Source: Zygnema circumcarinatum SAG 698-1b | Taxonomy: Eukaryota > Plantae > Zygnematophyceae | Direction: 5' to 3' | DNA: 64,000 nt | Assembly (NCBI GenBank): GCA_037447605.1 | Contig: CM074808.1 | Coordinates: 1,426,001-1,490,000 of the forward strand | Shown: piece after piece, positions 1 through 12,600 of the stretch | Layout: the number at the start of each line of letters is the position of its first letter | Numbering within the stretch: the stretch's first letter is position 1 | Made by a program: the position numbers and the translations under genes | The notes under the pieces: model-generated | Seen by the model: the letters and a program-made list of their open reading frames with translations, nothing else | What the model was told of the DNA's origin: nothing | The model's database searches: none

Positions 1-3000
1 ACGGCCAAACGGCAAGGTACTTATGGGAGTAAAGGATGATACAATGACTTTATGGAAAGAGGGTCGATTAGCCACTACACTTGCAAGCACACAGTTAAAC
101 AGGAGTTTTCTCCAAACACTGGAACTGCAAGACTGCAGTGAGATGACTAGCCTGACAGTTTGCCAAGAAGGAATGGTGCATAATGTCTGCATACGGGTTA
201 GGAAAAGGCGGAATTTAAAGTTACGCGTAGAGAAAAAATGTTAATATTAACTTCAAACAAGGACGCCCCAACTTTTTTCATTGCACATACGTTCATAAAG
301 AAGTACATCATCCAGGTGTCTATCTACATTGCAGATTGCGGAAAACAGTGGACTATGGCTTTCAAAAGGAAAAATGCTCAACCCAAGTGGGTGCATATGG
401 AGTACCTTCATCATGGACCGGATGGTAAAATGCATACAAAAAGTCCGTTACTGTTCTGTGTGACACATTGCCACAAAGGATGATATAGCGGTAGCTGGAA
501 ATGCGGTTAGTCATGTTGTATCCACCGTAGGGGCTGCACAGCGAAGACAACTTTCCATCAACGCCATACTTTTCTTTCTTCCCTGCCTAAATAGGAATCT
601 CACTATGACAACAACTAGTGAAGTGGACAAAATAACAGAAAATGCGTTAAATTTTTTGAAAAACAACATGTTCTCTACACTTTCCCCCCCTTTTTTTTCT
701 GAAACTGACCTCCTCGAAACGACGTCCAGAATCTTGTTGATTTGCACAGGGATGATGACGAGGGTTGCAACGATAATAAAGATGACCACCAGGCGACCCC
801 ATGATGTATTTGGAGTGACATCTCCATATCCAACTGTGGAGATCTGAACATTTCAAAAACAGCTCAGGAAACGCTTTTTAAAACTTGCAGTTTATCGTGG
901 CTAGCAAGCCACCACCCTACCTGTTACTTTGCTGGAAGACAACACATTATCCAGCTGACTTTCAGTTATAGGAATTCTGTGTAGGCGCGAATGCTCTAAG
1001 GTTGTGTGTTCTATTTTCACGTGTTAAAGCCTTGTGACACACCTGCTTAAATCATGGAGCGTACCGTAACCACAATGAAGTAGAAGGCATCGTAAAAGTT
1101 AAAGCAACCCGTCAAAGGGCAGCCCAACGCTTCCAGCTGGTCGTTTGAAAGCGCGATTTTCTCCACCCATTGGAACATGCCAGCAGCCACAAATACTGGC
1201 ACAAAAAGTCCACGCTCCTCGAATCGATCAGGCACATAGAGTATGGGAAAACGAAAGGGAGTGCGCGGAGAAAGAAGGGCGGGAGAGGGAGAGAGAGAAA
1301 TGGGTAAAAGCCGAGACTGTTTTTCACCCTTGAGGTCACGTCGTGCGCACTAGAAAGCAAGAAGAAGCCAGAAACAGAATCAGATTGTAACACCCGTCAA
1401 TTAGTTTTTCGGTCTGACACATAGTTAGAAGAGCGTTACCAATGCTGAGAAGATAGACCAGCAGCACCAAGCACTCCTTCGCGATTGAGCTCTTTAACAG
1501 ACCAAAGGATTTGACCCCCTGAGCCGGTCTGTAGCAGCTCAACAAAAACAAAGAATGAGCGGAACGTGGCAGAGTACAGGCTGTGTGCAGTCGGCAAGCA
1601 CGGCAACTGCAAACAAATCTGAGCGAGACAGCTAGCTCAAGTTAAATACATGAAACGCAGCCAAACATGTGTTGTTCCCCTTCATGACAGAGATGAAGCA
1701 AATTATTAACCTGAGAAGCCGTAAGAAGAGCAAAATTCGAAATGGTGCACCTGCTTCGAGGTTATCACTGCCACGTCGCCAAACAAAGTGGCAAAGTCAG
1801 CCTGTATTACCCATCTCATCTGAACCTGCTGCTAGTTATAGAGAAAAGGTGTTCTGTTCTCATTATCTTGACATTTGTCATCCTCGAGTAATAGTTTAGG
1901 AACGAGCTGACTCTTGGCAGGCCAGATGCCCAAGGGGAAGAGTCCTTCCTCACCTGAAGAAAAATATTATGGGAAGAGAAGTAACAAGGTCAAGAATGCC
2001 GTTCGAAGAAAAGACATAGCCAACTCTAATGGCAGAACTGGTCCACAAAATTAAGCCACTCAAGTTAGTATCAGTTCCATGGTTTAAAATTTTTTAAAAC
2101 TAAATTGACAAGAGTATGTTTCCAGACACTGACAGGTACAATAGGTTGTGATTCGAACCTGTACACCTTCAGAAAGTAATCAGCCACAAAATACACGCTT
2201 ATCACTCCCAAAGATAACCGTCGGGAATCTGTCCGTCCGTCCGGATCTTTCCTGCGTACACATGTCAAAGCCTTCATATTTAAGGGTGTTCTTGCAATCA
2301 AGATAGCGTATGAGCAGAGTGAGGAGTAGAAAACACAGATGATACAAAAAGTGACAGTCCATCAATAATAGCAAGAAGAGCGAAAGAGCAACGAAAGACT
2401 GGCATATGTGAGGAGCATGAAACTGAGATCCTTCCGAAGATAACGACAATCTTACGTCGAGGCAACATAAAACCCCACACTTGTAGCAGACGCTAGAAAC
2501 TCCACCTGTGAAGCCAAACAGAAGACACGTCAGCAGAGTCGAACCGTCAGCCATCAAGGTCAAGGTCTTACTCTCAGCAGAAGTATACCACGACTCCATG
2601 CATTCTGACAGCAAAACTGGAGAACGTAAAATTCAACAAACAACAATAGGGGAAAGCAGAGTTAAGCATACAATTCCAAGAAATAGCGCCACATTGCCAG
2701 TGCGAAGCGCGGTTCGGACTCGCGTGGTCAAAGGATACGTGCCATAGAGGTAGGAATCGTGATATCTTTCCAGTACATCCTGCACAAAAACCCCGCCAGA
2801 AAATGTAGCTTCAAGCGGAGACTTTCTTCATACCCTTGCCATGTCTGTTTGTCCAACCACCGCATCATCTGCCAATCCATGGTGCGACAGGCGATGAGGA
2901 GTGGCTTTGACTCTTAAAAATGCGAACCGAGACAATTTCTCTTTTGGCCTCGAGCATCCTTGAAAATCGGTCTACTCAATATGAATTGGTGGAGCCGAAC

Positions 3001-3759
3001 CAGAACCGTTTAGAGTTGCTGACTACACAATACAAACTGCCTCGGCATGTTGTTAACTACTAATTTATCAGATGCTGACACAAAGGTTAACTTCCTGCTT
3101 CAATGGTGAAACGTAAAGAGAAAAATGCTGGCGAAAAACGGCGAGACTGGCAAATTGGCAGCTCCGATGACGAAGCTACAGCGACCTTGTCTCGATAAAA
3201 ACGTGACCCTATTAAAATGGAGGGAAACGCCTGTCAAAAACGCATGCTTTGAACGCGAGGTACACTGGTTGCATTCTAGCGCTTTGCATGAATCACCTCG
3301 CTTTCGCAGTGTTCTCCAGCTGTATAAATTTCAACATAAACAATTAAATGACACGGTTTTGGCTGTTGACTTCCTTCATGCTTCCAAAAGTAACTCTTTG
3401 AAACCATCACTCCGATGAGGAAGCGGTCAGTTCTCAACCTTGCCAGCCTCCACGCGCTTCCCATGCTTGTTATAGTTGTCGACAATGGTAGCAGTCTCGT
3501 CCAGAGCCTCATTTAACGCACTATAAGCTGCTTCAGCTCCTTTTCCAGCATCCTCATCTTCCCCTAATAGTGGATCACTCACTCGTTGTCCAGCTCTCAG
3601 CTCCTCAGTGGCCTTCTCACACAAAAAATGCCCCGAATGCGTAACCTTAAACGACCTAGTTGAAGGATTTCTTGATAAAATCTCAGACGAGGCCCCTGCG
3701 CCATCTGCAGACCTCCCCTGCTCCTGAAACGCAGGCAGAACCAGCTGAATCTTTGCCAT
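1..3759 (-). CDS. BK/Slo-type (RCK-domain, Ca2+-activated-like) potassium channel alpha subunit; multi-exon, 3' part continues beyond window start
   Basis: Phase-consistent exons: 2037-1953 (S3, YVFSSNGILDLVTSLPII), 1767-1711 (S4, PFRILLFLRLL), 1537-1440, 1192-1065 (S5/pore helix, FVAAGMFQWVE...FYDAFYFIVVT), 843-710 (ISTVGYGDVTP...GRLVVIFIIVATLVIIPVQINKIL), 533-406 (RYIILCGNV...DFLYAFYH, resembling the start of RCK1 in Slo1). S1/S2-like segments lie at about 2610-2150. Exons between 3759 and 2150 and below 330 are tentative. Confidence 0.88.
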
Positions 3760-3900
3760 GTTTGACGCCCCTGCCAAACAGACTCGCCCCTTCGATGTCA
3801 AATATGTCCGGAACTTAAACTCTTGCAACCGCCCGCCCACTCTGCTTGCTACATTCACCGCCTGCTATTGCTATTGTTTTTCCTGCTCCTATTCCTCCTG

Positions 3901-3927
3901 CTATTCCTGCTGCTGCTGGGGCGCCAT
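3901..3927 (-). other. Short upstream ORF (MAPQQQQE*) in frame with the BK channel start
   Basis: ATG at 3927 in GCCATGG context, TAG at 3903-3901, and 168 nt (56 codons) upstream of and in frame with ATG 3759. Confidence 0.6.
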
Positions 3928-4036
3928 GGCGCTCTGCAGCCCCTTGAAGTAGGAAAGGGAGAGGGCTAGGGGGTGCACGAAACGGAACGCTCCAACGACG
4001 CGCCTTCCGACACATGGAACGCCGTTTACTCGATTC

Positions 4037-4546
4037 CACGTGGCGAGCAAGGAAGTCTCCGCCACGTGTCAAGCAGACAGCACTCCATTCGCAGGTGTGC
4101 GCGGATCCCCGTACGAATCTTTGTCTGGTAGCGGATAGGGAAGAATATCATATTGCAACGCAGTGTCGTGTTTTAAAATTCCAATGAAAAACTTTATGAG
4201 TCAGGCCGTTTTATAAAACGCTTTTAGAATGGCCATACTCATCAATCGTACGACCGTCCATATTGTTCAATTTCAACGGTCGGTTGTTTTAAAATTGTTT
4301 TAAAACCCTGAAGCTTTTGGATATTAGAACGTTCTAATACTGAAATCTAAAACTCTAGAAAGTCGCTTGTTGGACTTTTTGCCATCTCTAGTAGCGGACT
4401 GACGGTTGGAAACTGCCAAAAAGACCGTACGGTCGTTAGGGGTCCGAGTGCTGGATGAGCCGCGCAGTGTCTGCAAGTTGTCAACTGGAGTCGTCTGGAG
4501 CTTCTTCCAATGAGGGTTCGCCACGTGCATCTTTTGTATACGTGGC
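4037..4546. promoter_or_regulatory. Divergent promoter (BK / ADPRM) with G-box/ABRE-like motifs
   Basis: CACGTG at 4037, 4063 (CACGTGTC) and 4522; ACGTGGC at 4540; located between head-to-head starts at 3759/3927 (-) and 4720 (+). Confidence 0.45.
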
Positions 4547-4668
4547 GAGTCGTGATTGGAGGATGCCCGTGTCCTTGCATTGAAGGGGCTATCTCTCTCT
4601 CTTTCTCCCTCCCTTGCAGGGCAGGCCCCTCCGCTTCCTAACGCTTCCTTTCTTGCTTTCGCTTCGGC

Positions 4669-4705
4669 GGGGAGGGAGGGAGGGAGGGAGGGAGGGGGGT
4701 GGGGG
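4669..4705 (+). repeat. (GGGA)n G-rich tract in the ADPRM leader
   Basis: ggggagggagggagggagggagggaggggggtggggg ends 15 nt before ATG 4720. Confidence 0.85.
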
Positions 4706-4719
4706 CTGCAGCAGCCGCC

Positions 4720-7700
4720 ATGGAAAGGAAAGGGGAGGTCGAGGAGGAGCCCCTTTTTTCCTTTGGAGTGGTGGCGGACATTCAGTACTCGGACAAAGAT
4801 ACTGGCAGTAAGGCGAATGGCCCTCTTGCTAGACACTCGTAGTTGCTCCCCCTCCAGCTGAGCACGTGTTTGACTGCGAGTTGCTGACGCATCATTATAT
4901 TTTGGTTTCGTTTAGTTTTGGGGAGATAGGGCCGCTGTTGAAACTATTGTGCACTTACATACTCCGTCTGGATGGCGGTGTTACATGCGCCCTGGTTTAC
5001 GATCTTCCTGACCCAAATGCTGCTGGCTCTGCAGCGTATGAAGGGCGGTTTCAACGTTACCGTGAAGCCCCTGCCAAGTTGGAGGCTGCTGTCAAGGAAT
5101 TCAACAGTCGCAAGGGCGACCTCTCGTGCGTTCACTTCCGCTTCCTTTCTATTCCCCACCATTCAAAGCCTTTTTGGTCTGGGAGGTGGTTCCACGTTGA
5201 TTCAGATTACCGACTTATCTTGAACAGTTTTTGTGTCTTTCAAACAACATTTCAATTGGAAACCATTAGGAATTGTGACAGTGGACTGAATGCACTATGG
5301 TTGATAGTTATCCATGTCAATTTTTGGACCTTTGAAGACTAGAGTGGTTAAACTTTTTAGGTTCACGCTTCCTTTGTGCTTCGCTTCCTTTCCTTTCCTT
5401 TCCTTAAGATGCATCCGCAACTAATCTTCAGTTCAAGGATCCACCTTACACGTTATCCTCGTTCTTGCTCGCCGCCCTGATTGATAACTCATTTATACGT
5501 AACAATGTATTGTTTATTGTTTTATCGTTTAACGTTTAATGTATAGTTTTTTGTTTTTTGTTTTTTGTTCTTTCTTTAATGCATTGTTTTTATGTCACTC
5601 ATGTTCTGTCCTAAGAGCAAATCCGCGAGCTGGTAAGGTGGCTGTGCAGATTTATCCTTACTCTTGGAGATATCATCGATGGCAATGTCACGCCCGAGGC
5701 CACTGAAGCTGATTTTGAAGTTGTCTTAGACAAGCTTGCAAAGGTTAGTCATAAAATCATTTGATGCCACAAACACATTTCACCGCGTGCATGTGATGAG
5801 CGTTCCTCATTCCGGTTATGTGCTCTGCAACTTGATTGATACTTAAGTCCATAGTCTTTGAGTCATTTAAACCTATTCACAGACCCTTAGGCACCATCAT
5901 TGTTCAGTATTAGTATTGTTGATTTCTCACCAAAGCTCGCGAGCAGTGGCTTCTTTGGACTTCAGTTGCAGGTGGAGCCAGTTCACCATGTCTTGGGCAA
6001 TCACTGCCTCGCCCTTCCGCGCGCAACTCTTCTTGAGAGGCTCAAAATGCCCGCGCGGTACTACACGCGTTCACTGCGCCCTGGATGGTGCCTGGTGAGT
6101 AAAATGCGAAATTGCTAATTTGAATCTAGTACTTCTGAAGGTGGAAGTGGAGAGTGGAAAGTGGAAAGGCGGAAGGTGGAAAGTGGAAGGCGTAAGCCAC
6201 CAGAATTGAAGGATAGGGTTTACAATCGGCGGTTTAGGGTTTAGGGTTTAGGGTCCCCCTTGCAATTCTGGCTCTACAATCTAGCTACTTTCATTCTGCA
6301 TTGTTATCTGCTTTTACCTTAGTTGCCTTCATCGTCTCAATAGTTTTATACAGTCCTTGTCTGCGGTCCCTCTGCATTCAATCTTTTTCTTGAAGATCCC
6401 AGTCCTTGCAGTGTGGTGGTTGCGCAATTTTATTGAACTCCTGCTGCTCCATTGTTCCATAAAGCAGAATGGAACCTGCAGCAGCAGCAGCAGCTGGAAA
6501 TGGATTTCCTGTGTAGACGACGAGAGTTAGGGAGGCCTTAAAAAAAAAGTGCTCAATCCGCAACTTGGCGGAGCCTCCTTCTCTGATTGCAGCTTTTGGT
6601 GAGTTGTTGTTGTTCTGACTATGTGTTACAACAGGTGGCTCTGGATTCCATGGACATGAGCATGCGATGGCCAAAGGATTCGCCAGAATTGAAGGTGACG
6701 TTGGCTGCCTGCCTTACGTCATTCTCTTCAATCTCTGTCACGGAGATTTCAATGTCTACTGTCTACAAGATCAGTGAATGATTGAGCTATATGTCTTATA
6801 CGTGTTATTTTAATCCTCAAACATCATCATCCCCCTCCGCATCGTCATCCTCCTCTCTCTCCTCTCCTCATTCCTCCTCCTCCTCTATTTTACTTTTCAA
6901 TGACTGTACAGGAAGCATTGGAATTCATGGATGAACACCCTTTGGGAGAGGCGCATCCTCAGATGTCCAGCTGGAATGGCGGAATTGGGAAGGAGCAGAT
7001 TCAATGGTTAAGGGAGACACTGGCAGCTGCTGAGAGGTAGACGAAACTAATTCGGATGTGATCTGACAATGCAACGCAATTTGTGTCTATGCACCTACCT
7101 GGTTTCCTTCCTATCCAGCGTGACATGTTTCATAATCAGTTTGAAGTTCATGCGTGTAAGTTTGATCTTGTTTTGGTGTGTTTGCTCTTTAATGGATTAT
7201 GTATGCAGAAAGCTCCTTCCGAAGGTGATATTTCCTCTTGATGAATCATGAGTTGTTGTTCGAATGCCAATGCTTCTTATTTATTCATGGTTGGTGTTCA
7301 GTAGTTCTGGTAACTTCTCTGTGAAGTGAAAGGACAATGATGACTGAATTCTGCAATTTTGCTGGTTCATTGTTTCGGAACGTGCATGTCTAGATTTAAT
7401 CTTACTGACAGTAAAAATTATGGAACCCTGGGCAAGCTGAAAGACAACACATTTTGGTGAAACATTCACTTGCATGTGATGATGCAGAACCTGCTTAGCT
7501 TAAAATGAAATGAACGGTTGTGTCTCAGTCTAGAAGAATACAGTAGAAAGAGAAACTCTTACCTGAAAGCATAGCATGGGAAGTAGTCCTTGCATTTTGA
7601 GCATGAAAACATAGGCTGGTAGAGAAATGAGGATACCTGATGAACATGGTGAGAGCAGGGGTTTTTTCGCTGGCAGCATATATTGAGAGTGAGTGTCGGG

Positions 7701-8585
7701 CTGCAATGTTCTGAGGCAGGGATAAGGAGCGGGTCCTGGTTGCCCTTCATCACCCATTGGTTGTTGGGTCTGCCCCAGCAACCCACCTGCTCTGGAATCA
7801 TGAACAGGTCAGACTCAGTCCATCATGGGAGACTTCTGCAGTGGCACGGAGAATGTTATCACTCGCAAAGCTTGGGCATACCAAGTTCCTGTCTGTAGGA
7901 CAGCATCTTTTGGCAAGAGATTTTCGATAGAAATGCGTCAGCCTCACGGGAGATTGGCGGTATTGGCTATATTCCATTGTTTATGGATATAGGGAAGGTA
8001 GCTGGTTGATTCCAAACGTTTATATCTTTTTCTAGCATTTTTTTTTTTTTTTTGTAGGGTGCTTTTCCTGATCGGGGTAGCATGCATACATGGCAGCATG
8101 CCAGCCATTGTCCTACTTTGCTGCTAAGTTGATTCGCGACTAGCCATGCATTAAGCTCTGATGTGGACTCTACGTGTTGTCGCGTCGACAGATTCAAGAC
8201 ATACTTGTGCGCTCTCCATCTGTGGTAGTGATTTTCTGTGGTAAGCCTTTCGCAATTTATTCGCATGCTCCTGGTTAGATTCGTATTCCACTTGGTACAT
8301 GATTGGGTTAAGCTGAGAGTAGGATCAGTTGGACGGTGTATCCTTTCCCTTTGCCTGCCAAAGAGATTCAGTTTCAAATTTTTTTTACCTTGATACGGAA
8401 CAGGGCATTACCATGTGGGAGGGTACGAGCAAGTGGAGCACACTCACTTTGTGACAGTGGAAGCCATCCTAGAAGCGCCTCCGGACAGTGTGGCCCATGC
8501 GATTGTCAGCGTCTACGGCGACCACCTCACTATCACGGGCTATGGCTCGGTCACGAGTCGGAGGTTGCAACTGAAGCCTTTTTGA
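4720..8585 (+). CDS. ADPRM: Manganese-dependent ADP-ribose/CDP-alcohol diphosphatase (calcineurin-like metallophosphoesterase), 9 exons
   Basis: Exons 4720-4807, 5035-5125, 5650-5743, 5972-6094, 6635-6694, 6912-7036, 7720-7807, 8192-8240, 8404-8585, all GT-AG and in phase. Motifs LFSFGVVADIQY, LGDIIDG, VLGNHC, WNGGIG, LHHP, GHYH; ends in TGA. Confidence 0.93.
6138..6253 (+). repeat. Intronic GTGGAA-type repeats followed by 3 perfect TTTAGGG telomere units
   Basis: About 8 degenerate GTGGAA/GTGGAG units at 6138-6190; TTTAGGG x3 at 6233-6253, inside ADPRM intron 4. Confidence 0.85.
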
Positions 8586-9653
8586 ACTCTGCCACAGCGT
8601 GGCACCTCCTGCCTCGTATTACGAACCGTGGCTCACTAATTGCAGAGCCCTGTGCTGGGCAGGAGCTTCAAATTTTTTGTCCATTTTGCTTATTTAGTTA
8701 TAAACTGTGTGAATAAGCTGTCAATTTAACGTGCATGCCTGAACTACTCGTAGCCGTCATTTGCTATTCTTTTTAACCAGTTCGTACGGTTAGTTATATC
8801 CATTCACTGCTTGGTTCATTAAAGTACGTTTCAGTCGGCGTTGACCAACTCCAAGCAAAGCCCTACGAGTTGATTAGCTGACGAGGACTCTCCCTCGTCA
8901 CATCTCTAGAGAGCAGTATGGCAAAACGTCTTCTTGTCAGATTTTGATTTCCATGTATTGTACCGTCAAGTGTTTTTAACTAATGCAAAGACGACCTCAC
9001 AAATGAGCAAGCTTTGACTGACTGAGTGAAGAGCCATGTTTTGAGAGTCTCCAGATGTGAGAGACTCTGCACCCAATCCTCCTGGCTGTACTAAAGCAAA
9101 TGAAATGAGGGACAGGGCGAGGGAGAGGGAGCGAGGGGGAGGGGAGTTAGCCTTAGAGCTTAGCTCGATTTGCTCGTGACAAGATGGCTTTCTTCGAAAC
9201 GCAAATAATAAGAGCTGAGTATCGTGTTTTTACCCATGGTGTGACCCGCCGACCGTACAGTATCACAGCCCCCTATTGGCATAATCCAATACCAATGAAA
9301 ATTGCGTATTTGTTCACAAGAAGTTCGGACAAGGCTCCGGGACAAGCGTATTTCATTATTACATATTGCGCACATTGCCATATTTTCAAACACACTGCAA
9401 CCAACCCTTGGTACCACAATGGTTTTTGTTGAGCATTCTTCCCAGCCACGGATGCAAATGTGCTCGTTAACCCGAGGTTTGCTCGACATTTCGAGAACTT
9501 CAGATTAAAGAATTAGTGAGTACACAAAGTAACGATATGTCTGGGAGCCCCACGACTTGCCAAGCTAGAAGGCAACTAACTCTCGCTTATTTCCTACAAA
9601 ATCTAATTTTAATTTGAATCTTTTCGGTCATTCAAAACAGGATAGGGGTTGTT

Positions 9654-12600
9654 TTACTTGACCTCAGGCACGACGAATGACAGAACGTGTGATATGAGCT
9701 GCTGTCGACAAGTTCTGAAGTTGTGATCTCCGTCCTCGAGTACAACAAGGCTGTGATTTGCAACGGTTTCATCAACCTTATAGGCGTCGGCTAGCGGCAC
9801 CACCGTGTCCCGAGCACCATGGACGGTCAGCACTCTGCGCCATATACACGCAAAAGACTCTGTCACACTCTCCTCCTCATTACTGCAGCATAGTGTGACC
9901 CCAGTTGTCATCCAAAGACAGGAACATCAACGGGAGGTTACTATAGTCAGTTTGTAACGTGTGCAATGGCTAAGCATCTTCACGCCCTTGAAAATAAGTA
10001 TTGCACTAACGTCCTTTGGTTTTTATGCTGATATTGAACTTGAACACATGCAGCGATGGAATTTTAGCAGCAAAAGCAGGAGAGGCGTTACCTGCACTTT
10101 TCGGAGATTTGCTGTGCAGCTGCAGGCAGGTCTGTAGCCATACGTTCCTCCAGCCCTGCTTTTGTCACAGTGTATGAGTCTGCATCTCCCCAAACCATCA
10201 GGGATAATGAGATTGCTGCCCCCTTACTACTTTGAACAGCAGCCAGTAGGCAACGCGGGTTTGACGAGTCCATGTTTTGCCAGTTCCATGAATTTCGCCT
10301 TAAGAAACCAGCCTAGTAGGTTCACGTACCCTTTGCATAGGTAAACTAAAGCAAATTCCTGATACAAAGAAAGGAACACCCTCCCTTGTTCCGGCTTGTC
10401 GCTATGTACATCATGCCGTTGCTTGAAAGAACGTGGAAGACGTTTTCCCACACACAATAGCGCGTTTGCCTGACTCTGCTGAATAACAATATTACAACTA
10501 TTCGACAGAAATAACACTTGTACTCAAAGGTTCAACTCGACCTGTGTGCTTACCCAATCCATCCTTCACCACGAGGGACCCCTCCTCCCAGATTTTGGCC
10601 AATCGCTCCTCCCCAAGTCTCTCCTTTATGCCTGCTTGGAGACCATATCGGCCGCTAAGGTTCACAACGCAGTCCACATCTCCATACTTGGAGGAATAAA
10701 GGAGCACCACACTGCCACCTGCCACACCCTCCGTTGAATAGGATTCGCACCAGAAGTTGGACCACAGGCAGCTACCGGTTTGAAAAGCACAGCTTAACTC
10801 GTCACTCCTAACTTGGAAGAATTTATTTTGAGGGGGCTTCCAATTTTGTGGCATTCACAGAGCCCCAGTATGATATTCAAAGATACGGCAGTCATCCAAG
10901 GAGGTTGCATGCTTTCGTTTTGGTGTTTTCATAATGGACACAATTCAACAAGTGTGTTCTAACATTGCAAACATTCCAAGCGTGGTATCGCTTCTTAACT
11001 AAAAAGAACCAAAGATGGAAGAGTCGGCTTACTGTACGTATTAGGTTCTCACAAGCTCCTTAACCAGCATCAACTGAGAAATGAATGATTCCTATCGGTT
11101 TCCAGTAACTGTCATACTAGTTTCACAATATAAGCATCATCAATGTCAACGACTGTTGTGAATAACCTGTGCAAACGCCTACCTTTGCTGTGCCCCAAGA
11201 TGGTTGTAACAGTGCGGCCCGTTCTGCGGAAGTAGTCAATTGCTGCCCTGAGATCTTCCACCTCCTTCCAGTAATTGCCATATGAGAACTGCCCTTCACT
11301 CTCTCTGCATGGTACAGCGTTCAGAACAATCAACTCCCAGTACATGAGGTTGGACCATGCATGACTCACAACGGCAAAACACTTCCACTGCATACATGCT
11401 CTCCGATTTTGCTCCTGATACTGAAGCTGCTATGACCTACCAGCAGAAATCAGTAAGAGGCACTCTGTAATTTTGAATTATCCATCAAAACGTTTTCCTG
11501 CTTATTGGCATGCCAAGCATTTGAATGGGATTAAGGAGCAAAAACAGCAAGGATGCCAAGGAAAGATAGATACTTAACCCGTTACCACTGAAGTCGAATC
11601 GAAGTGTGCTAACACCAGCCTCCACCAAAGCTGAACTTATTGCTGCCAAGGTGCTACTGTTCTGTTCACACAGAACAACACTTGATGGAAACGTCATGTA
11701 AAACTCCTCAACCGTTCAATTTGCAGTTATCCCTCCTTCCGCAATTGTAAGAAGCAATTTCCAGGGAGCACTTGTGCCCTCGCATGAGCTGCATGTCTTG
11801 CAGTCGCACTTTTTAAACTGGAAATGACACGCACTGCATCATTCCGAAGCTCACGAGACGTGGGCTGTTGCTTTTATGCTCAGTGCAAGCTTTCTGACTC
11901 ACCGGGAAAATTAGCTCCAACAACACCCAGAACCTATTAGGCTGTCTGAACGTTGGTTTCTGATTTCTTATTTCTGGATTCTCCTCTCTGTTTCTTAGTT
12001 TCTGGTTTTCGTTTCTTGTTGCTGATTTCTAGCTTCTACAATACTTCAGAGTTCCTTGTTCCGTGGTTTCTGGTTTCTGGAACAACGCCGCTCACGTGTA
12101 TAGGACTCGCTTACGGTTTCTGGATTCTGTTGCTGGTTTTCTTTCTACTAAGGTAGTTTAGGTAGGAGTCAATCTTTGACATTTCACTTGGGATCACACC
12201 TTCGAGCTCCGAAACCCATGGCATAATATGCAGAGTTCAGGACTTTTTGTATCCTCCAGCAGGCCGATTAGCTCCTCTCCCTGTGAGTTTTTGAATGCGA
12301 CTCGCACAGATTCCGTCAATTCTTTCTTGACCATGTTCACTGCGCATAGCCCCAAACAAGGACGTCTAGAAGACTTTGAATGACTGATCTGAAGAGCTCA
12401 GAACTGGCTCAAACAATAAATAATCTGGTGCATTCATCTCATAATCATAATGACGAATATGGGTCTAAAAATGACTAGCCAGATCGAGTTTCTGCTGTTG
12501 ACTTCCTGCTGGCGAGGGCGCCGGTTGTCAGTGTAGAGACAGGTTTGCTCTGAAGGAAGAGAGGAAAGAGGCTATGATCTACACCATGCAACGAACAAGG

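Noticed and set aside
3759-3927. Genome-wide TAR=Gln genetic code suggested by the TAGs in the BK leader
   Set aside because: NOT2 (TAG), UVH3 (TAG), RNMT, DCC and the hydrolase (TAA) stop at the expected C-terminal positions, and the Q-rich NOT2 exon uses only CAA/CAG.
3815-4072. Walker-A-like GIAGGIGAGKT in an alternative minus frame
   Set aside because: It is a by-product of the GCA/GGA/ATA repeat; no kinase fold follows and the frame stops 19 codons later.
7336-7408. Intronic C/D snoRNA (ATGATGA...CTGA)
   Set aside because: No terminal stem and no recognisable rRNA-complementary guide.
9184-9432. 82-aa ORF with a CXXCH (CAHCH) motif after a GA-rich tract
   Set aside because: A few such motifs are expected by chance in six frames of 64 kb; there is no other cytochrome feature and it lies between convergent 3' ends.
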